DNA from: a virus
Taxonomy: Duplodnaviria; Caudoviricetes
Length of the DNA stretch: 62,849 nucleotides
Direction: 5' to 3' (one strand)
IMG/VR virus record: IMGVR_UViG_3300038492_000542
Coordinates: 1 to 62,849 of that record
Shown here: positions 1 to 10,033 of the stretch, in pieces
Numbering within the stretch: position 1 is the stretch's first letter
How the letters are laid out: each line of letters begins with the position of its first letter
The notes under the pieces: generated by a model
Databases searched by the model: none
Told to the model about the DNA's origin: nothing
Seen by the model: only the letters and a program-made list of their open reading frames with translations
Made by a program: the position numbers and the translations under genes

Positions 1-17
1 GTTTCCCAGTCACGATC
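1..17 (+). other. Random-amplification (Round A/B, SISPA-type) primer sequence; technical artefact
   Basis: GTTTCCCAGTCACGATC at the exact contig start matches the widely used primer B tag. Confidence 0.85.
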
Positions 18-18
18 G

Positions 19-684
19 ATTGAAGCTAATGCGAAGCTCAAAAAGTCTGAGGAAGACTTGGAGGAATCGAAAAAAGAGCTCAAGAAAGCCAAAGCGCTAG
101 CAGAATTGAACGACTCTGAAAAAGCGTTCTACAACTCGCTAGAAGGTGATTCAAAAGACGATTTTTTGAGCAAGTCTGCAACAGACCGCGCTTCTCAAAT
201 TGAGATGCAAAAAAGCGATAATCCTGTTGTTTATACTTCAGCTAATGGTGATGAGTTTAGAAAATCTGATGACCCGCGATTAGTTGATATGGCTAGGCGC
301 GCTGATGCTTCTGAGAAAGCCATGCAAAAAGCGCTTGAAGATCAAGCTAATACTGTATTTGCAAAGCGTGCATCTGAAGAGATGGGAAATATCTCAGGCT
401 CTGATGATGAAAAAACGGCTTTCTACAAGTATATGGATGGTGCTCCAGAAGAGGTTAAGGGTTTTGTGTCAAAAATGACCAAGGCGCTTAATGATCAAAA
501 TGGCGAGCACTCTAAAGAACACGGCGAAAAATATACCAAATCTGAAAAAGGCGTAGAAGACGCTCAGCAAGAGATGGAGAAAAAAGCCACCGAATATGCC
601 AAGGCAAATGATGTTCCCTATGAGGATGCGTTTTCCGTGGTGTGCAGCCAAAACCCACAGCTTTACACAAAAGCCTACTCATAA
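19..684 (+). CDS. Capsid scaffolding protein, 5'-truncated
   Basis: Frame is open back to the contig start. Product is charged and helical/coiled-coil, lies directly before decoration and major capsid genes, and ends in a scaffold-like helix (NPQLYTKAYS). Confidence 0.65.
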   Translation: MEANAKLKKSEEDLEESKKELKKAKALAELNDSEKAFYNSLEGDSKDDFLSKSATDRASQIEMQKSDNPVVYTSANGDEFRKSDDPRLVDMARRADASEKAMQKALEDQANTVFAKRASEEMGNISGSDDEKTAFYKYMDGAPEEVKGFVSKMTKALNDQNGEHSKEHGEKYTKSEKGVEDAQQEMEKKATEYAKANDVPYEDAFSVVCSQNPQLYTKAYS

Positions 685-693
685 GGGGTCGCT

Positions 694-1080
694 ATGACTA
701 TTGAATGTGTACGTTCTATTTCGATGACTCCGGTGGCCACTGCCGTTGCTCATCGTGTTTTTGTAACTATGGTGGCCAATGCAGAAGTTGATACTGCGGG
801 TGCTGGTGCTGATGCTGTAGGTGTCACACTGATGGACTCTCCAGCGGATGATCAAACAGTCATCCCTGTAAGCTGCCTTGATGGCTCTATACAGGAAGTT
901 GTTGCAGGTGCGGCTATTGATGTTTCAGCGGGTGCTGTGGCTATTGCCTCTAATGCAAGCGGCCAAGCGGTTGCCGCAACCACTGGCGCCAAAATTCTAG
1001 GCTACGCCTTAACAAGTGCTACAGCTGCTAATCAAATCATTGAATTTGTATCAGCTAAAGCAGCCGCTGCAGCGCCTTAA
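694..1080 (+). CDS. Head decoration/cement protein
   Basis: 128 aa, Ala/Val/Gly-rich (ASNASGQAV, ILGYALTSATAANQII), between scaffold and MCP. Confidence 0.7.
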   Translation: MTIECVRSISMTPVATAVAHRVFVTMVANAEVDTAGAGADAVGVTLMDSPADDQTVIPVSCLDGSIQEVVAGAAIDVSAGAVAIASNASGQAVAATTGAKILGYALTSATAANQIIEFVSAKAAAAAP

Positions 1081-1095
1081 TAGGAGGGCCAACTA

Positions 1096-2085
1096 ATGTC
1101 ACAAACTAACCCAAATTATTCAAGAGTTCGCCCTAATAAAGCGCTGACAAACTTCTCGCAAAAGTATTTGCAAGATCAAAACGAGTTTGTTTCTTTGCGG
1201 GCAATGCCTAACTTGCCGGTGGGTAAGAAGTCAGATTTGTACTATATGTACAACATTGGCGACTTTAACCGAGCGCAAGCCAAAGAGCGGGCACCTGGCA
1301 CTGAATCTGCTGGCGGCAGCTACCGCCTTTCAACTGAACCTTATTTTTGCCGTCGCTATGACTTTCACAAAGATATTACTGATGAGGATCGTGTTGAAGC
1401 TGAAAGCCCTATTATGGTTGAGCAGGATGCCTCTCAGTTTGTAGCGCAGAGTTGTCTTGTGACTCGTGAGAAGAAGTTTGCTGAATCATTTATGGATGGA
1501 GCCAGATGGGGAACCGATAAAACTGACGCAACGTGGGGTGACCCATCGTCTGAGCCAGTTGTTGAAGTTCGAGATGCTAAGCGTGCCATTAAGTCTCGCA
1601 CTGGCATGAGAGCAAACAAAGCCATTATCGGTGAGCCACTGTATGATCTATTGCTTGATCATCCAGCCATTTTAAGTTTGATGGATGGTGGCGCAACGAC
1701 TGATCGATTAGCTATTGTTAATCGTCAACGATTAGCCGCTATATTTGAGCTTGATGAAATCTTTGTTATGGGCGCCGTTTATAACGATGCACAAGAAAAC
1801 ACCGATCCTGATGTCAGGGATATGAAGTTTATTGTTGAAAATGACATGCTTCTTTATCACGCTCCAAACTCAGTTGGTGTTAATACACCTACCGCTGGCG
1901 CTCAGTTCTCTTGGACTGGCTTGCTTGGTGGTGGTCATGGCCTTCCTAACAACAGTATGCGCACCAAGAAGTTCAGAATGGAGCATATTGAGTCAGACCG
2001 TATTGAAGGATCTATGGCCTTCGATTACAAGGTCACTGGCAAAGATCTTGGCTACTACTTCACTAACGCTGCTAAAGCTAGTTAA
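1096..2085 (+). CDS. Major capsid protein (HK97 fold)
   Basis: 329 aa with strong SD (GGAGG), position after decoration gene, LTNFSQKY...ERAPGTES motifs typical of E-type capsid proteins, followed by a terminator. Confidence 0.85.
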   Translation: MSQTNPNYSRVRPNKALTNFSQKYLQDQNEFVSLRAMPNLPVGKKSDLYYMYNIGDFNRAQAKERAPGTESAGGSYRLSTEPYFCRRYDFHKDITDEDRVEAESPIMVEQDASQFVAQSCLVTREKKFAESFMDGARWGTDKTDATWGDPSSEPVVEVRDAKRAIKSRTGMRANKAIIGEPLYDLLLDHPAILSLMDGGATTDRLAIVNRQRLAAIFELDEIFVMGAVYNDAQENTDPDVRDMKFIVENDMLLYHAPNSVGVNTPTAGAQFSWTGLLGGGHGLPNNSMRTKKFRMEHIESDRIEGSMAFDYKVTGKDLGYYFTNAAKAS

Positions 2086-2091
2086 GTTTAT

Positions 2092-2113
2092 AGCGGGGGC
2101 AACCCCGCTTTTT
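2092..2113 (+). terminator. Rho-independent terminator after MCP
   Basis: AGCGGGG-GCAA-CCCCGCT hairpin plus T-run. Confidence 0.8.
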
Positions 2114-2126
2114 AATGGGGGCATTT

Positions 2127-2522
2127 ATGCGCAGAACACCAAGAGCAAGATTGCGACATATTGAGAAGTTTGTGGTCTTAATGCCCATAAAGCTATCAAT
2201 GAAAAAAACATTAGCTATTGGCGAAGAGATCGCGGCTAATGACTATGATTTAAGGCGCATTATTCGCTGGAATAAAACCCGCCACATTGAACCTGTTGGC
2301 ACTCGTTATGCCAATTACATGATGGATAAATATGGCCGCATGAAAGAGCGTAACAAGGCCAAAAAGGAACCAGAAATTATAGTGACCGATGCACCGGCTA
2401 CGCATCGCGAGCGACTATTGGCCATTGCCAAAAGCAACAATATTCGAGTCGATAAGCGATGGAATGATGAGCGCTTAGAAAAAGAGCTATCTAAATTCAT
2501 TGTGAATGAAGACGATGGCTAG
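2127..2522 (+). CDS. Hypothetical basic protein with C-terminal HeH/LEM-like helical motif
   Basis: RERLLAIAKSNNIRVDKRWNDERLEKEL resembles small helical domains often encoded after MCP genes. Confidence 0.5.
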   Translation: MRRTPRARLRHIEKFVVLMPIKLSMKKTLAIGEEIAANDYDLRRIIRWNKTRHIEPVGTRYANYMMDKYGRMKERNKAKKEPEIIVTDAPATHRERLLAIAKSNNIRVDKRWNDERLEKELSKFIVNEDDG

Positions 2523-2922
2523 CTTTCAGATAAAAGCCATTCGTGGTGATTTTGAAAAGTTCGCGACTCGGGTTGTCCAGAAAGTTGTTTTGAGTGTTAA
2601 CGGAGAACTCATTAAAACCACACCAGTTGATACCGGTTGGGCAAGATCAAATTGGATACCTAATATTGGTCACCCATACGCTAAGCCGGCAGGGTCAAGA
2701 ATTGAGGCTGAGATGGGCACACTTGATTTGTCACCTCAGCAAAAAGGCACAGCCAACATTGCCACAAAGTATCACTTAAATGATGGCACGATTTATATAA
2801 CAAACAATGTTTATTACATTAAAAATCTAAATGATGGATCAAGTAAGCAGGCACCAAAAGCCTTTGTGCAAATGGCCATCGAAAACGGCATTAGAAAAGT
2901 CAAAGGCATAAAACAGGCATGA
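2506..2922 (+). CDS. HK97 gp10-like neck/tail completion protein
   Basis: TPVDTGWARSNW and YIKNLNDGSSKQAP motifs. Confidence 0.8.
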   Translation: MKTMASFQIKAIRGDFEKFATRVVQKVVLSVNGELIKTTPVDTGWARSNWIPNIGHPYAKPAGSRIEAEMGTLDLSPQQKGTANIATKYHLNDGTIYITNNVYYIKNLNDGSSKQAPKAFVQMAIENGIRKVKGIKQA

Positions 2923-3323
2923 CATACAATGATGCTGTAGCAGCTATTTACCGTCGACTCCAAGCGAATTATAGTCTTGATGATGATCGAATTATCTTTG
3001 ATGGCGATGGCGGTGAAGAGCCTGAAGGAGGTAATTGGGCTCGACTTACGGTTGTATTTGAATCCTCTGATCAGTCGACATTAGGCGTTAAAACTAATAG
3101 AAAATTTGAGCGCTTTGGCAGAATATTGACTCAGGTTTTTACGCCTGCGGAAAGCGGTCGATTGGAAGCGGATTTGCTAGCTCAAGAGGCAAATGATTTA
3201 TTTGAGGGTGAAGAGTTCGAAGGTGTGACTGTTCTATCATCCGTTTGCAGACCTGTTGGCCCAGATGGTAAATGGTATATCATACTGGTTGATTCTGAAT
3301 TCAAATTTGAAACGATAAAATAA
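2919..3323 (+). CDS. Tail terminator protein
   Basis: 134 aa directly before major tail gene; GNWARLTV, G.I..QVFTP pattern. Confidence 0.7.
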   Translation: MTYNDAVAAIYRRLQANYSLDDDRIIFDGDGGEEPEGGNWARLTVVFESSDQSTLGVKTNRKFERFGRILTQVFTPAESGRLEADLLAQEANDLFEGEEFEGVTVLSSVCRPVGPDGKWYIILVDSEFKFETIK

Positions 3324-3335
3324 CTGGAGTGGGCT

Positions 3336-4844
3336 ATGGGCCGCGTCTTAACGAACAATACAGCTTTGTCATGGTCTATCGAAAACACCGAGAATGACCC
3401 CAATGATATTGGTGAGCTACAGCCTATTCCAAAATGGTTTGCCACTCAGCCAAACACCTATGGTGAGATTGGTGCGAATATTACCACTATTGCCAGAAGT
3501 CCAATTTCACAAAACCGCCAGCGCCAAAAAGGCACCATTACCGATTTGGATAGTGGTGCAGAGTTTGAGGTTGATACCACAATTAGCCATGCCACTCAGT
3601 TTATGGAAGGCTTTGTTTTTGCTCGCGCTGTTGGTGCTGAGCAATATGTTGTTTCATCGATAACATCGAATGCCTTTGATGTGGATAGCGGTTCTGTTTT
3701 AGCGGCTGGCACTTTGGTTTACTCGCGATCATTTCCAACTCTGCAAAACAATGGTTTGTTTGTGGTTGGTGCTGGCGCAACTGATACCAGTGTTCCTGTT
3801 AATGCGACATTGACCGATGAGGCGGCAGCGGCCAATACTGAGCTTTCTGTTGCTGGTTTTAGAACGGCTGCCGGTGATTTGTCTGTTGATGTGACTGGTG
3901 GTGTCACCACGATTGCTAGTGTTGCAGGTATTTTTAATAGTGATGGTATAGGTTTAATGCCTGGCGCTGTTATATTTATCGGTGGTGATGCGGCTATTAA
4001 TCGGTTTTCTAATACTGCCAATCTTGGCTATGCTCGTGTTATGTCAGTTGCTGGCGATGGCTCGAGCATTACTGTTGATAAGACTAATACTGTATTTGTC
4101 ACCGAGGCAGGTGCTGCTCAGGAAGTGGATATTTTTGTAGGTGAGTTTATCCGCAATGTACCTGTATCCGATGCTGACTTTTTAGAGCGTAGCTTCCAGT
4201 TTGAGACAACATTCCAAAACCTTGCCAATGATCCTTCGGGTGATGCTTACGAGTACTGCAAAGGCAACTACTGCAATACGGTTGCCATCAATGTCCCCTT
4301 GACCGACAAGTCAACCATGAACTTGGCTTTTGTGGGTTTGGATACTGAGCCACCAACAACAACACGTAAGCAAAACGCAGATTCGGCAGTGATGCCCAAT
4401 AAAAACGGGGCAATGAATACCACTCAGGATATCGCGAGACTGCGCATTACTGAGCTTGATGGTACCGGGCTAACTACTGATTTCAAGAGCCTTACATTAA
4501 CCCTCAATAACAATGTTGCCCCTGAGAAAGTTCTAGCCAACTTAGGTGCTAGATATATGAACTACGGAAACTTTGAGGTGACTGTTGAGGCTGAGCTTGT
4601 TTTCACTGATGCGCGTATTAGCCAAGCGGTTAGAGATAACCAGTCATTAACCATGGATTTCTCGATGCGCAATGATGATGGTTCTATTTACTTTGATATC
4701 CCATCTATCACATTGGGCGGCGGCTCCAAGTCTTTCCCTGTTGGCGAATCTGTTACAATCAGCTCAACCAGTGAAGCCTTCGAAGACCCTACATTAGGCA
4801 CTTCGATTGGTGTCACTATATTTGCTTACACTCCAAAAATTTAA
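3336..4844 (+). CDS. Major tail (tube) protein
   Basis: 502 aa; RSPISQNRQRQKGTITDLD N-terminal motif and TLTLNNN C-terminal tube motif; followed by chaperone and TMP; no sheath gene. Confidence 0.85.
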   Translation: MGRVLTNNTALSWSIENTENDPNDIGELQPIPKWFATQPNTYGEIGANITTIARSPISQNRQRQKGTITDLDSGAEFEVDTTISHATQFMEGFVFARAVGAEQYVVSSITSNAFDVDSGSVLAAGTLVYSRSFPTLQNNGLFVVGAGATDTSVPVNATLTDEAAAANTELSVAGFRTAAGDLSVDVTGGVTTIASVAGIFNSDGIGLMPGAVIFIGGDAAINRFSNTANLGYARVMSVAGDGSSITVDKTNTVFVTEAGAAQEVDIFVGEFIRNVPVSDADFLERSFQFETTFQNLANDPSGDAYEYCKGNYCNTVAINVPLTDKSTMNLAFVGLDTEPPTTTRKQNADSAVMPNKNGAMNTTQDIARLRITELDGTGLTTDFKSLTLTLNNNVAPEKVLANLGARYMNYGNFEVTVEAELVFTDARISQAVRDNQSLTMDFSMRNDDGSIYFDIPSITLGGGSKSFPVGESVTISSTSEAFEDPTLGTSIGVTIFAYTPKI

Positions 4845-4854
4845 AGGTTATTGA

Positions 4855-5274
4855 ATGTTTGATTTCTCTCATCTAAAAAAGCAAGAAGCCAAAAAAGATA
4901 GCGCGGTTGAGTTTGTTATTCAGGGCGTTGAAGGTGACTCAATTCTTTATGTTAAGCCAGCATTACCTGAATACAATCCAGCGTTTAGAAAGGCTGTCTT
5001 ATCCATTGCCGAGAAAAACCGAAAGCTTCGCAAGAAAAATGATGATGAAGAGCTAGATTACGATATTTACTCTAAAACCATTGTTGTTGGTTGGAATGGT
5101 GTTGTTGATGCTTCTGGTAAAGAAGTTCCATTCTCTGAGGATGTCTGCAAGGAGTACTTGAAGGCTATTCCTGCTTGGTTATTCACGGATCTAAAAGCCT
5201 TTTCTCGTGATGTTGAAAACTGGATGGATGATATCGACACCGAGGAAGCCGCAAAAAACTCAGAGAGCGCCTAG
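4855..5274 (+). CDS. Tail assembly chaperone (gpG-like)
   Basis: Between tube and TMP; VVGWNGV..EVPFS motif; slippery site at 3' end. Confidence 0.8.
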   Translation: MFDFSHLKKQEAKKDSAVEFVIQGVEGDSILYVKPALPEYNPAFRKAVLSIAEKNRKLRKKNDDEELDYDIYSKTIVVGWNGVVDASGKEVPFSEDVCKEYLKAIPAWLFTDLKAFSRDVENWMDDIDTEEAAKNSESA

Positions 5275-5594
5275 AGTTTGAGCTCAGATTCAATCGAGAT
5301 GGTTACTCAATTGAATCAGGCATAGCTAAGGGGAGGGCGCCCCCTGAATGGTTTAATGATAGTCCTACATACATTGAAAGTGATGATATTTATTTATTGG
5401 CGTTTTGGGATTTAAACACCACGCGACAATTTGGCGAGTTTATGGGTCCAATCCCTTGGCTTGCAATAAACCAATATTCTGACGTTCATGAATTTGATAA
5501 GCAGTTAAAACTGCACTTTATTCAAATAATACGAGAAATGGACGCGGGCTATCTGGATTGGCAGCAAAAGAATAGGCCAAAGGCTAATGACTGA
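5253..5594 (+). CDS. gpT-like extension made by -1 frameshift (gpGT)
   Basis: A_AAA_AAC at 5253-5259; the -1 frame is open from there through ORF 5397-5594. Confidence 0.75.
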   Translation, partial: KKLRERLEFELRFNRDGYSIESGIAKGRAPPEWFNDSPTYIESDDIYLLAFWDLNTTRQFGEFMGPIPWLAINQYSDVHEFDKQLKLHFIQIIREMDAGYLDWQQKNRPKAND

Positions 5595-8136
5595 CTTCAA
5601 GATAAATATCATTGCTGACCCAAAACAAGTCAATAAAGGCATGGACGCCGTTGATGATCGTTTAGAAAAGACTGAAAAGAAGGCTGATGGTTTAGGCGAC
5701 TCTTTAAAAAGGGCGTTGGCCTTAGTTGGTATTGGCGCAACAATCAGGCAGTTGGGTAAATATGCCGATACCTACACCAATATTCAAAATAGAGTTCGCG
5801 GCGTAACAGATTCAATTGATGAGTTGAATGTTGTTACCAATGAGCTATTCGATATCTCTCAAAAGACTAGATCAAGCCTCCAAAGTACAACCGAGTTGTA
5901 CACAAGAACGGCACTGGCAGTTAAAGAGCTGGGTATTAGCCAAAGGCAAACACTCGAGTTTACCCAGTCTTTAAATGAGGCTGTGGTACTTTCTGGAGCA
6001 AGTGCCATTGAGGCTGAGGCTGGTATTGTCCAACTTGCTCAAGGTTTGGCGAGCGGCGTGCTTCAGGGTGATGAATTAAGATCGGTGCTTGAGCAGTTGC
6101 CAGCAGTTGCTGATGTTATTTCTAAGTCGCTTGGCGTTACTCGCGGTGAATTAAGAAAGCTTGGCAGTGAGGGTAAGATCACCGCCCAAGTTGTTCTTGA
6201 TGCATTTAAAGAGGCAAGAGAAGAGCTATCAGAGCGATTTGCCAAAACGGTTCCAACACTTGGCCAGTCATTTCAAGTGCTTCAAAATAGCATCATAGTG
6301 ACAGTTGGAGAGCTCGATAAAACCTTTAAGGTTAGCGAGACACTATCCAAAGGAATATTGTCCCTATCTCAAAATATCGACACACTTGCTAGGTCATTAA
6401 TAGTAGTTTCCGGAATCATTTCTGTGTACCTTGTTAGGCGTGGCCTTCTAGCAGCTGTCTCTGCTGTTAAGGCGCTAACGGTTGCAATAGCAACAAATCC
6501 GCTCGGTGCTATTGCTGTTGCTGCACTAGCTGCTACTGCTGCCGTCTCTGCCTTTGCTGATCAAATAACCATTACAGAGGATAGCCTCGTTACTGTTGCT
6601 GATGTGGGAAAATCCGCATTTGATGAGCTGTCTGTCATAGCAAGAAGCTTTGCTGATAATTTTGGTTATTTTATCTCTGGTATTGGCGAGGATTTTGGTC
6701 TCGAGCTCAATGAGGTTAAGTTAGACTTTGAAAGCTTCTTAAGATTCAGCGGTACGGTTCTTGATACGCTGAATGGATTATTTAGAGGGGCTTTCTTTGC
6801 GATACTGGAAACATTCTCAAACCTTCCTACCGCGCTAAAAGCTTTGTTTTTGTCTGCCATGAATGGTGTTGTTGCTGTTGTTGAAACATCAATTAATACC
6901 GTTGTCGATGGCTTCAATACTTTGTTTGATGCTGTTGGTGTTGATTCGTTAATACCAAGGGCTGATCTTGGCAGGATAGAATCAGAAGCTTTTTCTGTTG
7001 GTGAGAAAATTGGCAATGCTGCTGTTGCAGGTTTTGAGAGTGCCACCGGTGCTAGCGAGTTTGTTGATCGTGTTATTGAAGGTGCTGGAAGTGTTGCCGC
7101 CGATAGGATTGCAAAGCAAGAAGCTGAAAGGGCAAGAAGGCAGGCGGCTAGGCAAAAGCTTGATGAGGCTGGCGGTGTAACCGCAAGAGCTGATGCAGGA
7201 TTTACTAAGATAACCCAAAACTTAGAGCGCCAAAATGATTTGCTAAGAGTAAATGTTAGAGAGCGCGAGATTTTAGCGGGTGTTTTTGCCACCGAGAAAA
7301 GCCTTAAGCGAGAACTTACTGCTTCAGAGGAGGCCTATGTCACCCAGCTTCTTAAAGAGCGTCAAGCGCTTGAGGGGTTGCCCGAGGTGATAGAAAGCCT
7401 TCGCACCTATGAAGAAAATGAGTTGGCCTATCTTCAAACATCGCTCAACGAGCGGCAGACTGTTATTCAATCGGCAATTGATGCCCGCGTTATTTCTGAG
7501 CAGCAAGGCTATGACCTCATGACAGAAGCGGCTAGAAAGTACAATGAGGAAGTCAAAGATATTGAGGTGTCTAGATACAGCTCTCAGCTTAGGGCAGGCG
7601 AAAGCACTTTTGCATCACTGGCGGATATTGCCAAGACCTATGCTGGTGAGCAGTCAAAGACATATAGCCGACTGTTCAAGATATCAAAGGCCTTTGCTAT
7701 TGCTGATAGCACCTTGCAAATTGCTAATGGTATTTCTAAAGCAGCAAATAATCCTTGGCCAACAAACTTGGCGGCCATGGCGTCAGTTGCTGCTTCGACA
7801 GCCGGACTAGTCTCTCAAATACAGGGCACACAATATGCTGGCGAGTTTGAAAATGGTGGCCAATTTACCGTTGGTGGCAGCGGTGGTACCGACTCTCAAA
7901 TGGTGAGCTTCAGAGCAACACCAGGCGAGCAAGTGAGGGTATCAACGCCTCAGCAAGAATTTACATCAGGTCAAAGATCCGGCGAGTCAGGACAGATGCG
8001 TGCAACCTTCAATTTTGGCTTCTTCAATGCCCCTGAGGATGCTAAGACATTCCTTGCTAGCCAAGATGGTAAAGCATTTATGATAGACTATATGGATACC
8101 AATAAAAACGAGATTAAAGCCACTCTCGAGGTTTAA
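5587..8136 (+). CDS. Tape measure protein
   Basis: 849 aa, Ala-rich helical; QLAQGLASGVLQGDELRSVLEQLP tape-measure motif. Confidence 0.92.
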   Translation: MTDFKINIIADPKQVNKGMDAVDDRLEKTEKKADGLGDSLKRALALVGIGATIRQLGKYADTYTNIQNRVRGVTDSIDELNVVTNELFDISQKTRSSLQSTTELYTRTALAVKELGISQRQTLEFTQSLNEAVVLSGASAIEAEAGIVQLAQGLASGVLQGDELRSVLEQLPAVADVISKSLGVTRGELRKLGSEGKITAQVVLDAFKEAREELSERFAKTVPTLGQSFQVLQNSIIVTVGELDKTFKVSETLSKGILSLSQNIDTLARSLIVVSGIISVYLVRRGLLAAVSAVKALTVAIATNPLGAIAVAALAATAAVSAFADQITITEDSLVTVADVGKSAFDELSVIARSFADNFGYFISGIGEDFGLELNEVKLDFESFLRFSGTVLDTLNGLFRGAFFAILETFSNLPTALKALFLSAMNGVVAVVETSINTVVDGFNTLFDAVGVDSLIPRADLGRIESEAFSVGEKIGNAAVAGFESATGASEFVDRVIEGAGSVAADRIAKQEAERARRQAARQKLDEAGGVTARADAGFTKITQNLERQNDLLRVNVREREILAGVFATEKSLKRELTASEEAYVTQLLKERQALEGLPEVIESLRTYEENELAYLQTSLNERQTVIQSAIDARVISEQQGYDLMTEAARKYNEEVKDIEVSRYSSQLRAGESTFASLADIAKTYAGEQSKTYSRLFKISKAFAIADSTLQIANGISKAANNPWPTNLAAMASVAASTAGLVSQIQGTQYAGEFENGGQFTVGGSGGTDSQMVSFRATPGEQVRVSTPQQEFTSGQRSGESGQMRATFNFGFFNAPEDAKTFLASQDGKAFMIDYMDTNKNEIKATLEV

Positions 8137-8137
8137 T

Positions 8138-9061
8138 ATGACCGTATACACCGGAACTGCAGCAAATTATGCAGATCTAGCCAATATTATTCGGGACTCC
8201 CTAGTGCTTGAGGGTTGGACGCTTGAAAAGCAAAGATTAGATCCTTACGATGATCCGGATCCAGACACGGAAGTCTATCACATGAAGGGACCAGACATTA
8301 CCGTTGGTTCAAATGTTGTTAATGCGCATATCCAGTTTAGAACAAGGGGGGATTTTTCTAGCGACTATCACAATATTGGTTTCTATGCATCAACATCTTT
8401 TGAGGATAGGTCTGACCTTGGTGCTTATCAAGAAATATTAAATCAGCCTGGGTCATGTGCAACAAACTCTCAATACATGACTGGATGGAATGACAGTACT
8501 CCGTATTGGATTTTTATCAATGATAGGCGATTAATTGTGGTGTCCAAAGTTGATACCACTTACTCAAGTGTCTATGTCGGATTTTATTTGCCATATGCCA
8601 CACCAACTGAGATGCCTTATCCATTGATAGTGTCGGCCAACTCAGGATCACAGCTTTATCGTTATTCGCAGTCTGGTTATTATGTTGGGTCATGTGCCAA
8701 CCCTCCTGAGCTTGCTTGCAGGCTTAGACATTTTGATGGCACATGGGAGAATGTTTTTAATTATTCGGCAAGCAATTCATTTTCTAGATCAGCAACAGAT
8801 GGCTCCATATTTCCTTTTTATAGGGATGATCATGGATACACAAGACCGATGCAGGATGGCACTTATATATTAAACCCTTGTATTATTTACACGCATAACT
8901 ATGGTGGAATGACCTATGGTGAATTTGATGGTCTTTATGCTGTTTATGGTGTAGCCACATCATCAGAATCCACTTTTAATGTTGATGGCACCGACTATAT
9001 TTTATTTCAAGCCACTAACCGAACGGGTTTATCAGATTACTTTGCTGTGGAGATGACATAG
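8138..9061 (+). CDS. Virion tail-tip structural protein
   Basis: First gene after TMP; YTGTA start, YVGFYLPYATPTEMPYPL motif as in YuA/D3112-type tail-tip modules. Confidence 0.7.
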   Translation: MTVYTGTAANYADLANIIRDSLVLEGWTLEKQRLDPYDDPDPDTEVYHMKGPDITVGSNVVNAHIQFRTRGDFSSDYHNIGFYASTSFEDRSDLGAYQEILNQPGSCATNSQYMTGWNDSTPYWIFINDRRLIVVSKVDTTYSSVYVGFYLPYATPTEMPYPLIVSANSGSQLYRYSQSGYYVGSCANPPELACRLRHFDGTWENVFNYSASNSFSRSATDGSIFPFYRDDHGYTRPMQDGTYILNPCIIYTHNYGGMTYGEFDGLYAVYGVATSSESTFNVDGTDYILFQATNRTGLSDYFAVEMT

Positions 9062-10033
9062 ATGGCGTTTCAAGAAGGCACAGCCAACTCCATGTTTGAT
9101 TTTTTGGATAAATTTGTAACTTTTTGCGGAGCAAGCATTGCTGGTTTATCTGATTTTGGAACCATTAATGTTAATGCCACTTTTCATAGTGTATCAAGCA
9201 TGCCTGCTAGAGTCTTAACAAATGGATCAATTTATTGGGTGATGTATGTGGGCAATAAATACTCAGGGAGTAGCGATGACACAATATACGGAAGAATGAT
9301 ATACACAGAGCCAACTAACGGCATGGTGTTTGATAATGATACACCAAGCGATGGACAGGATGGATTTACAATTATTGGTAAGGGTAGATCACCAGATTCT
9401 TTAACTGCAAATTATTATTTTTTTGCGGAAGATGAAAGCGCTGCTGCAGTATTGGAATTTTATGATGATACATTTACCCATATGTCATTGGGGACTGCCA
9501 CAAAGTATGCCTCTAATGAGGGCGGTGAGTTTATAACTGGCAATAACTTGACTGTTAATAGCCCTCCATATCCAACATTATCTGATGGTTGGGCTTATAT
9601 ATTTAAGGATGGAACAAGGGATTCTAGTAGTGTTTCGGGTGGGTTTGTTAGAAATGACCAGAACGCAATAGCTTCTAGTGATTTCGCATCGCTAAGTCAG
9701 GGATCTGCTAATGGGGTTGTTTATTTTGACTATAAGCAGCGGTTAACAGGTAGCAGTGGAGATGATGGTTACTATAACCATGTTTTCCATAATGGTTACA
9801 GCTCTGCAACACAAAGAAGGGCGTTGCTTCCTGTGATTTTTAATTTTTTATCGCCAGGCGATGGTGTTTGGCGGCAAATTGGCAATGTGCCATGCGCTAG
9901 ATTGTGTAGAACTGATGGACTTGCACCAAAACAAATAATTGATGGTAATTGGCAGGTATTTCCCTTGGCTGGCTATGACAGCAACCTATGCCATGATACA
10001 GGCCTTATTGGGTTAGCGTATAAGAGAGCGTAA
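9062..10033 (+). CDS. Virion tail-tip structural protein (distant paralog of preceding gene)
   Basis: MAFQEGTAN start resembles MTVYTGTAA of the upstream gene; similar size; WQVFP...GLAY C-terminus. Confidence 0.65.
   Translation: MAFQEGTANSMFDFLDKFVTFCGASIAGLSDFGTINVNATFHSVSSMPARVLTNGSIYWVMYVGNKYSGSSDDTIYGRMIYTEPTNGMVFDNDTPSDGQDGFTIIGKGRSPDSLTANYYFFAEDESAAAVLEFYDDTFTHMSLGTATKYASNEGGEFITGNNLTVNSPPYPTLSDGWAYIFKDGTRDSSSVSGGFVRNDQNAIASSDFASLSQGSANGVVYFDYKQRLTGSSGDDGYYNHVFHNGYSSATQRRALLPVIFNFLSPGDGVWRQIGNVPCARLCRTDGLAPKQIIDGNWQVFPLAGYDSNLCHDTGLIGLAYKRA

Noticed and set aside
6666-7292. 208-aa antisense ORF in the tape measure gene, and similar shadow ORFs elsewhere
   Set aside because: Antisense to clear structural genes; explained by codon bias
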